A stretch of 64,000 bases of DNA from Ophelia neglecta. Its lineage: Eukaryota. Positions 1 to 15,200 of the stretch are shown here, one piece after another. Numbering within the stretch: position 1 is the first letter of the stretch; each line of letters opens with the position of its first letter. The position numbers and the translations under genes are program-made. Below the pieces are notes generated by a model. It was not told where the DNA came from and searched no databases. It saw only the letters and a program-made list of their open reading frames with translations. Location: contig OZ260665.1 in the NCBI GenBank assembly GCA_965285935.1, forward strand, positions 58,404,001 through 58,468,000, in the 5' to 3' direction.

Positions 1-30
1 TCTGATGCCTGAGTATGATAGCTGGTTTAC

Positions 31-242
31 CTGCATGGTCTTGTCAAACCACCTGTTGGCCGAATTGTACCGACTTCCGTGACCGTGGATCATCTGGAGG
101 GCCAGACTGACGTCATCACGCATGTTAGCGATAGTTTCATCGACACTGCACTGGTGGTTGAAGGATATAGGCATGGCATTGTCCAGATTGAGCACAAATA
201 TACACCGCTCGATCATGTCCAGGCTGTCCCGGTTTGTGGAAT
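31..242 (-). CDS. ChAT: ChAT coding exon 8 (212 bp): (D)[20 protein letters not shown]...[19 protein letters not shown]
   Basis: Acceptor gtcaacag|AT, donor CAG|gtaaac; phase 1 to 0; conserved NRWFDK motif. Confidence 0.95.
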
Positions 243-3200
243 CTGTTGACAGCAAACACCATAAGGCTATAACTTTTCATCGATTAATCTCTTTGGCGGC
301 ACCTATAGCGTTGTACAGAACCATTATAAATGATACTTGAGCGCCGCCACAACAGTTTGGTTGGTTTGGTTGTTTTGGGTTTTACGTGGCTTTCAACAGT
401 CTTGTATGGTCATATCGCCACGGTGCCTACTTGTGACAGTGGTGCTGCCTAAGAACCCCATCCAGTCACATTATACTGACACCGGGTTGACCAGTGCCTG
501 GTTTTAAAATCGTAGGCGTTTAGAAGCATTTTCTTCAGGTATCTTATGCGATAGACCAATTGCTTGCTGATAAAAGTCAAATTTGTTGAAGACCAAGTTG
601 GTTGCTCAGGCAGGCAGAAGACGAAGCCGGTGAAGTGCAAGCTGCAACATGTGAGACCAAAGAACCAGCTGAAGACAGTACTAGGTCAGGTCCCCAATTG
701 ATGTCAGCTGGCACACCACTGTACTCATAGACTGTTCACACTTTGGCTACCGATGCAAAGGTGAGGATACTTGGCGTTTTATTAAATTTACAACTTACTC
801 GGACTGAGCCTTCAGACTTTTCTTGACCAAGTTTAAAGGCACTGTAATATTAGCAAGTCGGATGCACTTTATAATATTAGCTGTCCTTGGATAAATGAGC
901 AATTACCCGAGCCTCAGCTTGACATCCTCGATCATAAACTATATCATAAACCGATGAACTAAGACATCCCAAGTGACTGGAAAATATTTGTCTCATGACG
1001 GAGGTGGTCTGATTATACAGGTGGTCTTTAGGTCAGGTTTCACTGTGCATTGCTATTTGGTCTAACCGCTGCAGATCAACTAAAGCTGGTATCATCTGAC
1101 TTTCGGTATGGTTACTGAATATCAGCGTTTACACTATATCCTGACTTGGCTTACGTATGATATAACTTGACATTCGACCAGGCGTAATGCCTCCTTTTCC
1201 AAACACACGAACAAAAGAGTATCCGGATTGAGAGGCTACTTACCCTCCATTAATTTCATACGAGCCCGAGCCCATCGGTCTCTGTCCGCCGCGGTCAGGA
1301 TGCCCACCTTCTCGTCCTCCGAGGCCTCCTCCTCCTCCTCCGCTTGCTTCAAGATCCTCTTCAGCTGGGTGTACAGGTCGTCGTTACTCATACGGGTGAA
1401 GTTAACATACACGTCCAGCATAAAAAACTAAAACGAAAACAGCGTGTTTAAGGCTCGATAATCAGCTTTGGTGTGCAGGGCAACCATTAGTTGTTACAAA
1501 TTGCTACTATACGCGACAGAATGTTATTTCTGATTTACTCCAACCTGAAAGTCTAAAGTAATGGAACAATATATATGTCATTGTTCTCTTTCATTGACGA
1601 TGCCAACCATTTTGTGATTCATTCATAAAAAAGATTACTTTGGTATTTTCAACTATTTTGGTTATTTGAAACAAAGTGACGGAACTAATCCATTGTCAAC
1701 GTGTTGCATTTTTTCAGTATCCAAGTATTTCAGCGAACAGAGTAACAGATTGTTACGATTTTCAATACTTTCAGGTTATACTATTATTGTGCAGCGGTCA
1801 ATGCGGCAATATGTCTTAATTTTCGGCTAGAGCTATGTCAATGTTGCATTTGGTGTTATCTTTTTAGCGTTTGGCATATAATGAGGCAATGATTTTTCTT
1901 TACAATTGAAAACTATTACTATTAGTTGGTCTTAATTAAATTGTCTGTTTATCCTCTTACGCCATTGTAGTTGAACAGACAACCCGTCTTTAAAGTTATT
2001 CCTAGTAATAGTTGAGGTTTTTATGTCCTATTTGCATTAACTGCTAACCGAAACACACGTACAGTATAGCAGGTTGATTGTAAGGCGAAAATAAAACCAT
2101 GTACGTTGTTAAATAAATTTAATATTAGTTTGACCTGATAATAAACGGAATCTAGTATTGGCTGGACGAAAAAAGACTGATTGTGATGTTCAAATCAACT
2201 GGCGTCACCAATCAAGTTCAACCCACAACCTTTAACCAGGAATGCATTCAACCAACAAATGTTCATTATATATTAAACTGTGCAATATATCGTGCAATAG
2301 TAAGCAAATAATGACTGCCATTGACTATAATTCACACTGTTGCTAGAAATATTGATAATTATTTTACGTTTTATCATATGCTCAAGCCAAGTCATACTTG
2401 AAGAGCCCACATATTTTCTAAATGATGAATATAGCAACACTCAAATATTTCAGTTGAAAATATATCAAAATAGTGTAATGTACTTATAGAGTTGTCTATG
2501 TTATAAGATCGTATTAATTCCATAATTGGTATAAATGTTCAACAGAATAGCTAGGTGATAGTCCTGATCAGACCTCAAAAAAGTAGTATTATCTAGAGTG
2601 GGGAATCGATTAAGTATCGAAAGAGTAAATCGTATACACGTACGTTATTGTTTCAAGAATGGGTCAATTGTCAATTACTGTATTGCCCGGTTAATAGTGA
2701 TAAAACATAGGCCTACCAATGATTATATAAATTGACTTTTAGTCGGCTTTCCAATTGATGTAACCACTGCGTTCTAACACATCCCACGTACCTGTGTCAG
2801 GGCAAAAGAGGGTCCGGCATACATTTTGGGTACATCATAATTCATGATATTATCCACGAGGGTGATGGCAATTATCAAGGAATGTTTTTTGGCACCGAAC
2901 GCAAGGATCGCGCTTGGGGTTCCATGTTCATAATTATAGTTGCACAATTTGGAAAACACTACTAAATGGCGAAGTTTTTTCTTAATTGTTAAATAAAAAA
3001 GAAACTTACTCATATTGGAAAGAACTGCTAAATGGCTTAATTGCGCCGGTCTGTTTATAATAATTATCTTACCTCTACATACAATCTCTAATGATTGTTT
3101 AGAGTTTATCAGCATGGCCTTATGATAACATATGTGTAGTAACATAACTAGGCCACAATACTATTATAAATTTACCACTAATATATGTATAGGAAACGCA

Positions 3201-6200
3201 TTGGTACTACATGTACTTCCAATTTGCCTATACGTGTCTACCCCATATGACATTGTTTTATGTGCTTATGAATATTAAGCATGCTGTTTGTATGTATTCT
3301 CGTGAACGTGCACATTGTTCTAAGGATTGTCACGCAATAGATGAATATTTCATAGACAATTATCCAGTATAACCGAAGTTTGTGTACAAAGTGATGCATA
3401 TAAAAGTATTGATTACCAACGCCAGTATTATTTATTTTATTCACAAACTGAATATATTTTAAACAGTCTGTAAATGTTAAACTTATAACCGTTAATATAA
3501 TGATAATTATATTGGGTATTAATATCCATCTTCTTATCCACATCTGGGCTCATTTTCAGTGCACCGATTGTCAGATAAAAATATTGTTGCTAGGGTACCT
3601 GGTTTTTGCAGACGACAATGATGTGTTCCGGTTCTTGCATGACACTGCTTCCGGGCGAGACGAGGCAGTCTTTTTGTATCCCCGGTACTCGGTAGGAAGA
3701 GAACAGACGATAGTACTGCTCCATACACAGAGGCTGGCCTTTCTCCGTATGTCGGGCGCGGTCGATCGGCATGGAGCGCCTTTATGGAAACACAAATATT
3801 TGCTAAATGAAAGACCCAACATATGTATAAGCTGGTGTAATCCTACAAACGTACATGTACATCATTAAAAATTGAGGTGCAGAATTGATTATAGATAAAT
3901 CTCAATGAAAAAGAACAAAATCTTAATAGATATAGGCTACAAGATCACGAATAATATCTCTTTGCACAGCCAGAGTATGGGTTGTGTTTTTGTATCTAAA
4001 AAAATAGAAAAAGGGTAACTCACGAGTCGAGGATAACCTTATAGTCTAATATTCCGGATATTAGCCTTGCTGCAAATCTGAAGGATTTGTATAATCAATT
4101 TAATGGACGTATAATTCGTTTGTCATATTCCCTTTGCTTTTAATACGAGGTGTTATGGGATATTGGGGTAGGCATAAATTAGCCATGCGATATAATTACT
4201 GATCGAGTCTCGAATGTTGTCTTAATGAGCAACAGACTAAAGTTTACAAATAGTATGTATTCCTTTTTAAGTTGTTTGTTTCACTGACCTCAGTTGGGCG
4301 TCAACGTCTTCGAAATTTTGACGAGGAAAAACCATACCGGGATTGGAATTAACCGGAAGAGGAATGCGTATTTTCATGTACATGTCGTCAAGCCAAAAGT
4401 TGTAAACCTGTAATATTATAGTTATCTTTGATGTACAATTACGTTTGTTAAATAGTAATGAATTGTATTAGTCATGTTAGTTATTAATAATATTTGTAAA
4501 ACTCTCATTCATTCCCAACTATTAAATAGTGGTTGATGTTTCAAGTGTTTTTTTATCCACCAAATTAACTTTAGTTTAAAACATATTGTTATTAACTGGA
4601 AAAACTGTTCAACCACGCCAACCTCTAGACTACATGTTTAAGCATAAATGCATGTATATTGTCGTTAAAAATTGTCGCTTCATTGCAAATAGAAGTCTCG
4701 TTACTATACATATTTACGGAGCAGAAACCTTATATTAAATATTCGTACCCAGTTGTCAGTAGTGGCGGCAAATTCTTTAAGCTTTTCCTGCAAGTATTCA
4801 CCCTCTCCTGCTTTCTTACCGAATTCTTCAACAATTTTTCTGTAGTTGCAAAATAAGACTTAACGTTGAAAAATGGAAAAATAGTTGAACCGTAAGAAAT
4901 CGTTTAATAATCTCCTTTGGAATGAGATATTGACTTTTATTACATGTTTGACATGAACCATCTTTGCTTACCTGGTTTTTTCATATTGCCTTTCTGGGAC
5001 GAGAGGTTTTATACACAACAGGTACTTTTCAAGGGTCGAGTGAAGGTCGGGGATGGGCAGCTTTGGTAGTGGTTTCTGCAATTAAAAAAAAATTACCACA
5101 ATATAAAAAAAAACTGTTCTAAACGGACAATACGCACATTTGGAACAAATTGAAACCTACAATACTAATATTTGGTTTTAACAATAATTAGTTCATGTCC
5201 AGAGGCACCAAAGCGGACAATATTTTTCTGATTTTAATCATTATCAAGACAATGGTCTTTGAGTCACGTTTTGAACATCTATCACATATTCAGAATCATA
5301 TAGGGGCCTATACACGTCAAACACGATAATCGATCTGAAGTGCAAAGCAAAGATACAAACAAGATAAATCAGCATGTCCCAAGAAACAACACAAGCCATA
5401 AAGCATTGCAGCTGTACAATTCATATGAACCAGCCTGGGAGAACAGGTACATTAACTACATTTATATTTATACTCCAGTCTGAATCGGATGTAGTCATTC
5501 CATAGAATATCTGTGTCCATTGTACCGATTCCATAATAATTCGATACAACCGTTGATTAATTTATCACACATTAGTTAATCGAAGTTGAGAGTCTAGGTA
5601 TTCTTAAGGTTTTGGCAACTCCTGCAGCATACTCATATCGACATATAATTGTATAGAAATCCAAGTAACATGACATAATTTAGGCAGCTCTACTTGAGGT
5701 CGTCCTGTCCTGTGCTTGCTGCTTCTGGTTCTGATGTGTCTTTGTTTACCTTTCCTGGATACTGGATCATGCTCCTAGGATGGTAGCTTGTTGATCATCA
5801 AATTGCCTCTTACAGTGTTACACGATATTATTGGTAGCTGTCTACAAACTAATAGATCATAATTTATTATTAAAACAGTTTTAACATTCCTCTAACTAGC
5901 AAGTTTAATATAATGGCTTCCAGGGCAGATCTGGAAGCCATGGAACACTAATCTCTAACTAATCAAACATTTCGAACCTGTCTTTATATAAATACGGTTA
6001 AATTTAATGCTGAGTTTGCCACAAAATAGACTTTGAATTCTGAGACTAACTTAACATATAAGGGGTCTGACACCATCGCAAACACGCAGAAATTCATAAT
6101 GGATGACGGGGGACGACAATAACATGCATTTTCCGCATTGAGCAAATTCTCCTTTAACAGGTACACACTTGCTAAGATATTATCATGATGTATATGCATC

Positions 6201-9200
6201 TGTATAATTATTTATTGGTTAAAGGGACTTCACAGGTTTGAAAATAGTATCATATATAATTAGAACTGTATTGTAATTTATATTGCTTTTTATACCATAA
6301 TTCAAATAAAACTCCTTTTGCAGTTTAGACCACACAATATTTTAAGACACACGGAAACGCAAGTCAACCTTGTCTGGTGAAATTCGACGGACCTAAGGTA
6401 TATATGTTGGACCGTTCAGTTTATGTTCACATAAAAATGAATAAATAAACAGCCTATAATATAATGTCACAATTATGCAGATGACCAGTCGCTGGAATTA
6501 CACATTAACTCTATTGGAATTCATCCGGCACATGTGGAACTTCAAAGTGGAAATTTGGGATTTCAACTGTTGAACTTTTCAATCTGGTGCTGTAGTTTCA
6601 AATTAACTATATATAATACTTATTCCTGATGACTTCTGAATTACTCCTCTTTGGCGTTCTCTTTTACTATGGTCTAGGAAGTGCCGTGTTATCACCAGTT
6701 CTGTTTAACAGTTCAGTCTTCAAATCAAGTATCCAATATATCAATAATTTTATGGTTATTTCTTTAAAATGTTTTAAGGCTAAAATTAAGGCGTGCTTTT
6801 AAATGGGGAGTTTAAATTGTCCAAACATGAACACAATGGTTTGTATGCGCGTTTTGTTCTGAACCTTATGTTCGTATTGATCAATGGTAACCAGATTCTG
6901 CGATTCGTTTCATTGGAAAACTTGGTATCTGGTTATATATCGGGAACTATTAATTGGCAGTCAACTTTTTCAATCAGTCTCAATTAATGTTGGGGAGGCA
7001 TATTTAATATACAGTAAAACCTGCCTTAAAGACCACCTCTATATTCAGACCGCTCATTAGAAGACCATACTGCATACTTTTAATATGAAATAACCTTTCT
7101 AAACTGACCACCTCCATAATCAGACCAGTATTTTCTAGTCCTTTGGGTGGTCATATTTCACAGGATTCACTGTACATAAATATTTGGTAAAAGCAATTTA
7201 CCAATTAGGAAGAACTGTGATTCGACAGCAATGCCAATAATGTAGGTTGTGCGTTCGATGAACAAAACGGATAAAGCGATCACGAGACAGTAGTATAACA
7301 GGAGTGGTATCTGGATATGTATCGGCAGTAGTATTATATGAGTGGTGTCAGGTTATATAGCGACAGTCCTTGAGAGCATCAAGTGGCAATACACTGGAAT
7401 GTACAGGAGTAGTTCGGTAATTTTTCTATTCTATTCATGACGGTTATTTATAGTCAATCTGCCTATCGAAGAACAGTGTTATATGAGCGTCTCCCTTTCA
7501 CACAAATACAAACTGATATACAACGGAGAAATAAATTGTAGTAAAAATTTCGAATGCGTTGCACTAATCTTAAATTGTCGATTAAATTGCATAAAAAATA
7601 ACATTTCAGATGAATGTGTCGGGTCTCACCAATAGGAAAGAAGGGTGTATTCATGGCCACACTCATATATATACACACGAGGCTGGGGCATCCGCGCCAA
7701 CTATTGAAATCGATAAAGGGGAGGCTAGTTTTTTGAGATGATGTTAAGGATTCCCATCTCTCATCCTAGCCTGAGTCTCGTCAGGCGTGAACCCAGCGCC
7801 GTTTACAAATACAATCAAACCAGGAGATGCCCGAACTGCGGGAGGGAAACAGGAGCCAAGAATCCGGATTGGAATGCATTCTATGCAAACCGGCACTATA
7901 TAGCACAATACAGCAGGGTGCAACAATGGAATGCCGAATCCAATGTTTCAACTAACTGAGTCAGCAAACATTTTTGCGTTTTCCCCTTTAATATCCCATT
8001 TAAAAGGGGAACATAAAACTTAATGAAAGAGTCTTTCTTCTTTATTTAAATTGCTCGAAACATTACGCATTAGACCGAGTGTAACCATAAACTTATTAAA
8101 ATGAAAATGGCAAATTACATCCTTATACATTGCTGGGACATGTCAGACAACTGCGCCATCGAGTGACATTTATCGTTCAGGAATGCAGAAGACTTATACA
8201 ATCAGTTCAAAGGACATGTTCCCCTATTTTATTGCTCGGTGGTTCCTTGATTCCGTTGTACATATCTCTTATATAAAGATATTCCTTTTTTTTTAAAAAA
8301 AGGTTGGCTAAATGAATTTGGATGTGTAGCGTTCATGTACTTCACCCGTATACATCACTTTTGGGATTCAATTACATACATATATCTGAAGGAAAACAGC
8401 AAGAAAGACTTGGAATATACTATGCTGTCTGGGAATTATTTGAAAGTGATGCAAGAAGCTACATCAGCATTCTAGCTGCACAACCCTCTCCCTTACTGCT
8501 GTCGACGAGCCATTAAAATTCCGAAAGCTCGCAGCATCCCCAAGGGAGAGCCGTCATTCCAACCTCAAATGGGAAGGCAATGAGGAACGCGCGCTAAGCT
8601 GGTACTGGCAGCACTTTATTTTACGTCTGCCCTGTGTGACTTAGAGAAGGTTTATTAAGGCCTTCTATAAAGGGCCCAACCTGAGTATATCACTCTAGTC
8701 AATGAACTCACACTCGGTTTGGAAACTATATAGCTTTTTCATGTTATCTTTGAAATTAACATCAATTTAATACTGTTCTTACATACAATCGAAATCGATA
8801 TTAATATTATTGGCAGGGGTAAAATAACGTAAGGTTCGTCTTGAGATATTTCTATTCATTGGAATAATATTACATTTAATTATCTGGACTTCGTATAGGT
8901 CTATTCGACGTAGACCAGGATATTCGTGACCCATCTGACTGTATACGATGTCGTGGTAGAACAAGAGTCTCAATTCGTTTGGATTATTGAAAAAGTGCCA
9001 TTGTGAGCGACATTGACATCAAGATAAAACCTACCAATGTCGAAAACATTATGATAGTTTTTTTTTTGTACCACACAAATTTAATGACATCTGGCACCAA
9101 TGTTATAAATAAAATATTCCATTTGGTTTTTTCTTCAAAGCACACGCAAATACATTGCCTGACATTCCAAAATACCGAAAGGCATTGAAAATAACCAAGC

Positions 9201-12200
9201 CAAGGCTTCAATTCCAAATATTAGGTTTGGAACGTTGCTCATTATTAGATTAAATACACTAAATTGTTAGTTCCTCTTTAGCCAAAGTGGGCGGTGTGTC
9301 TTAATACAGCCAGGCAATGTCGACCCTCAGCTGTTGTGCTCCTTAGTCGTTGTCATTGTATTGATTCAAGGAAGTCGTGCCCACCATCCTGTCCCGGCCC
9401 CTATTATCGTCTACGGACGCCTGTGTCAGAATGCAAACGCCCAAATCAAATTTGCTGCGCCCTGTTGTGAACCGATGGCGCCTGATAACCGACAATTTCT
9501 CGGGAATAGTTGAGAATTCTCAAGCGACTTTTGGCAGCCCTTTGGCACTCTAGCAGTTTGAATGAACAGTCTCCGCAGGGGGTCGATCCACGTCACTGGC
9601 TCTCTGTATATATACATGTACATATAGATTGGCCGCACCATGTATTATTCATTAATTGTCACCCGCCACTTAAAACTTCAAAGTCGTTTACTTCTTGTAA
9701 TGTCAAATAGATGAAGACTAGAGCTAAATTGTTATTTAGAAACCAATGATGGTATTGAGAACTGACTTAGAAAAGGGGCAGCAAGACTGTCCGAGTAATA
9801 ATGGTAATCCACGAAATTGATTATTTACTTAATGTAGTCGTAAAAAGTTGGCATTAAGTCCATGGGACACAAGACGTTTGCAATAGGCGCGGGGTTTCTT
9901 TATCCCCAGAGAACCTCTAAGAGATACTCATCTCTATGATCTTTTCGAATGATTGGCCTCCCGGTTAACACATCGCTGGTAGATTCGGGGGATGACGAAA
10001 GTGGCGTACCATCTAATTTGGTTGGGGTTGGAGAGCGGTGTTAAATGTTGAGGAGCGAATCGTTCTGCCAACAAGTGACAGACAAATCTGTAAAATCATC
10101 ACCATGCATTCTTACAAACAAGTCTGTGTTTCCTTTCAAAAGAAAAACATAGTTTCGACGAAAACTACTCAAACTTGTTTTAGTCTCTACTAGGAGAAAC
10201 CGAGGAATGTTTATATGTTTCTTGATTTGGTAAGCCTGCCATAGCAAGTTGAATGGTTTAGGCGATACAGTTGTGTTTTCACGTATCACAATTTGACTAC
10301 ATTGCCTCTTCTAGTTTTCATTGTGCCAGTATGCAGTTTCGACAGAAGCATTTTGAAGAGAACAGACAAATCATTAAACGGCGCTTCAAATATCTACTCC
10401 TGGCATCTAAACATTAGGTCTATGACGTGGGTGTCTTGCTACAAAACACCACTCATGCCAAAACATGTATCGATTCGATGGATTTGGACTGCTCAGCCCG
10501 CCGATAGGACTGTCGGGAGACGTTTGGACGCGTGCTCGGACTGATTTGTCGGCGGGCAAAGAGGCTCGTTCATTGACTCCAGAAGTACACAGTACTTCAA
10601 AATACCAACCGTTTGTTAATTGAAAACAAAACCAGTTAATCAAAGGCGTTTATCCTGACCAATACTCACTTATATCATTTATCACCAGGGCAGTTAAACG
10701 CTCAAGTAACTTTTAACTAATTAGTTATTCCAAAAGTGCAATTCATTGATAAACATGCACCAGTACGAGATGCAATACCGTTCGCCCCTAATGTGGGGCC
10801 ACCCCTCACAGCTGGTGGCTAACTTATATCCGGATAGCTCCTAAAATAACGGTTTCGAAAAAGGGCCTTTTTGACATTTACTTGCGTAAACTCCCTACGA
10901 GTATCACACGAGGTGAAGCTGACATAACGAGTACTGATTATATGTTGAGAATGTCGTTAATGTTTGAACGGACCTAAAACATTGTTAAGAGAAGAGAAAA
11001 TGGCAAGGTTTGAGTGTAATAAGCAGTCAAAATAATAATGGTGGTAATGTTAACTTGACCTCTTGCTATATAAGTGAGTTATTACCATGTCATTTTTTAA
11101 CAGATATAAAGGAATTGATAAAGGCCTATACATTGTATGCCAAAACCAAAAGAGAACAGACATGATTATAGAATTCTCAAGCCACCTGGTTAAATAGCCT
11201 TTGTCGGCTAGAGGGTACCAAAAAATAGTCTGTATTTCAAGGAAAGGTTGGTAAAAGTCGATTTCTTTATAAATGAAATATATATAGACTGTTTTTTCAG
11301 TTGATGTAAATTATGCCTAATTTAGGTTTATAAATATTACAATTCAGGTGGTTATTAATGAACATAGTCTTACTATGTCAGAGGCGTAGGAAGGACAATC
11401 AAAGTGAGGGGGCCAACTTTACATCAGCGGCTTAAAAAGTGGGGGGACCGAAACATATGATGGCCCCCCACTTTTTTTAAGGGGTGGGGGGCCTAGCCCC
11501 CCCCCCCCGGCCCCCTGCTTTCTACGCTACAGTACATTGATCTTTACATGCCAAAAAACACTGAATAAATTTTCAATTATTGGCTGTGTAATGGGTTTCT
11601 AAATAACCTGCCCAAAATTTATGGTCAAGCCAACTGAGGACATACTCTTCTGACCACTGCTGCATGTGCACCGTTTTGAGAGGGCAAAAAGTGAGAGGGT
11701 CATCATTAAAAAGTGGGGGGGGGGGGGGGCAAAACATATGATGGCACCCCCTCCCACTTATTTAAGTGGGGGCGCCATGCCCCCCCCCTCCCTCCCCCCC
11801 CCCCGCTTCCTACGCCACTGTATGTGGATTAATAAACAACATGGCTGATCTGAGTAATCGATACCACAACTAATATCATACGTGCTATGTTAAAAGCAAC
11901 TCATACATACATACCAGTAACTTAGAAACAGATATAGTTGGCTATGTTCATTAGACCACAGAACGCTTAATATGCCATTAACAAATGAGTATGTTTATTT
12001 GGGTGAATGATTCTGGATTGAAAATTATGATTAATGATTTTGGACTAAGAATCATGATTACTGACTAGAATTAAGACAAAAGAAAATTTAGCATTTAACC
12101 ACTTGATTTTTGTGTGCGAAAACTAGAATGTCAATGTGAAATATTCGATGTAGATTCTTAAAACTGCCGGAATGGTGGAGCTCTAGTTATATATGTTAAA

Positions 12201-15200
12201 ATATGGCATTCCTAGCGTAAACCTGACCTGTAAATTTTGATAATTTTTCATTTGGGATAGTGATAAATTAATAAATAAATTTGATATTTCACAGACCCTA
12301 CACCGTCCAGATTCCCACTGACAAAAACTGGCTGGGTTCCTCTTTTCATTTTATTTGACGTATGCGAAAAAAGGCATGATCGTCTAGAATACAACATTGT
12401 CGATGCTGTAAAACGTGAACACGGAAAATATTTAAGTCGGCAATGTTTACAGTCCAACCCATATTGGTCATACAAAAGAACCCATTAGAGTTAGACCTCT
12501 TAAGTTTAGCCTGGGAGTAGAAATCTAACTCTCAGCTTTCATGAGCTTTATCGAACAGCGTTTCTTACTAATAAAATAGCGTGATAAAAGCTATTATCTA
12601 TCCCAGGAAGACACGTCCGCCTATTAGCGAATCTTATACTTATTAACCATTATTAGCCAGCCTGTAATTGCTTAAGCCCACTGGGTAATCAGTCTTGTGC
12701 ACGTGCCATTTCGTGGTTGTCGTCTGTTGCTGTTAGGGCAAGAACATGGCCGGTTTCGTGACAACATCAAAAGCGAGTTGCTCCGAAATCACATACATCG
12801 CTATGCGACTAGTTCAGTCAAAAGAAACAGTGCATAATAATCTGTATAAAACATGGATCAAAACGTTCTCGAAGAAAGAATCTTGTTTGGGATAAATGTT
12901 TAGTAAAACACTGAGAAACGGGCTCACTTTGCTGGCCAGGAATAATTGATTAAAGAATGCCTACTAGCTCCACATATGATGAAAAACATGTCTAGACCAT
13001 GCTTAACTTTATGGCTCTACTTCGATGATGGTGACATACATTATCTTTCCTGGTTTCAGGAATAACAATTGTTTATCTTAAATTAAAACAGTTGTAAACA
13101 GAAAAAACTTACTTTTCTCTTAACCTAATGTAACTGCCCTGTTCTTTTAGACAAAAGAAATGAAGGAATTGAATATAGGCCTATAGGAACTACACCTGAC
13201 ATGATCTAAAAAATTCGGAAGCCACGTGGTAAAAAAGCAGTTGACTGCACACAGAGAGTGTAACAGAAAATAGTCACCATGATATAAAAAAAAGTTTCAC
13301 AAATGTTGATTTTTCTTATAATTTGTCAATTTAAAGAATTTTATTTCAGTTGACGTATATTGTGCCTAACTTAGGATTTATAAGTAACATATAAAAAGTT
13401 ATGCTAATGAACTCAGCCTTACTACACGCATTTAAAAACATGCTATGGCTGTCCAAAGATGCTGGATTTGAATTTTTTGTCATTAATAGATTTCGTATTT
13501 GATATTCTCAACATGATGTTTGAATGCCTTTTCCAAGACAAAATAGAAAAAGAAATGTACCGGGAAATAAATAAATGGTTGTTCATGGAAAAAAATTCCA
13601 ATAATGACAGGTGAGGATGGGCATTATTTTGCTGCCATTTTAGAAATACCTTGTTTATAGGCCTAATATGAAAAGATAATCATGATAATTTATTAACAGT
13701 AATTAATGTTATCGACATAAGAGGAAGGGCTGAATCTTATGTATTCGCAATATTCATAAAGCTGTTCCTGTGTTAGGGCGAGGCTGGATGTATGGAATAA
13801 TTCCGATCTATAAACAAGGGCGCGAAATAACAGACGACACTTCGCGGATTGCGACAAAATATCGACTTTAATATTGATCTGCAACAAACAGTAAAGAAAA
13901 ACTGTTGTTGTAGATCGTGGCTGCGGAAGTTATTTGGTGGCACACACAAAGGCTCATTGGAGTATCAATAAAAACCTCCCGGGGGACACGTTTGCATGGA
14001 CAACAACTACGCACACAAATATTTTCCTCGACAGCAATAATTAACGGGAACAATGGTAAACAAATCATAGAACACAAATAGTCATCAGTGCTGGCTCGTG
14101 AAATGCCTGAGAACATGGGCATTGGCCCTAGATTACATGAACATCTATTCACAGTAGGAACTGACTGGTCAATATCATATGAATGCATGATAATGACCAG
14201 ACTGCTTTCATATACATTGTAATTATGAAAAATAACCACGGTTCTTCTTGCAAGCAGAGTTACAATCACTCATAAGATAAAATATATAAGATTTTATTAA
14301 AAATGATTAATTCGAAATGTAATAATTTGATAACCGCAATTCAGAGTCAACTCAATAAACCTGATAGAACACATGGCATTATATCAAACACAACTATAAT
14401 ACACAGCAGTGTGTCAAGTAAAATGACATCAATATTATTTCTTGTCTTAATTTAGGCACAGTAGCTGAAAATTCCATTGTGCGCCTTGTTTCTGAATGAG
14501 AAATGTAATTTCTACTTTCACCCACTCTCATTACTTACTGGGAAGGTTTTTTTCTAGGATTTCATCAGCATAAAACATGAGTGATTTGTTTATGAGGGAT
14601 GGGTGGAAGAAACAAGCCAGACACAGCGAGCTGATTGCATCTATAGACATCAGATGATAACTTGGGGAAGTCTTCTGATTAGCTTCGTGTCTCAGAATGT
14701 CTGTAGAACGCTAGGCTACTGAATCTTGTGAGATTACTGAATCACGCGGGATTACCTTTAACAACGAGGCCGTAGCGGTTATTTTACCGCCGCCAAATCA
14801 CTGATGTGCTCGTTCATTGGCGACGAGGCAGACGAATCAAAATGGATGCCATCGTTGAATGAGAACCCAGAATAGGAAACCCACGATAAAGAACCCAACT
14901 TTCAGTCAACGAGCTCTCGCCTATTACAATCATGCTACGTGTCTTTTGGTGAAAATACCAATATTGATTTATCGAATTGTCGAGTTTTACCATCCATAAC
15001 CGTAAGAAAAATTGGGTTAAGGGAGGGAAATACAAAATAGGGCACCAGTCAGTTGGTTTCTGGCCCTCGTATGGACGCCATTATGATTCGGCTGAAATAT
15101 TGACCGCCTTTTCGCGGGTTTACGTTACACCAGGGAGGCAAGCGCACGGAAGATCTGTGGGAGGTTCAAAATAGCCTCGAGGCATAATGAGGTCTGGAGG

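Noticed and set aside
2774-3543. 123-aa and 101-aa minus-strand ORFs in a ChAT intron
   Set aside because: AT-rich, low-information translations. The flanking ChAT exons already join in phase without them.
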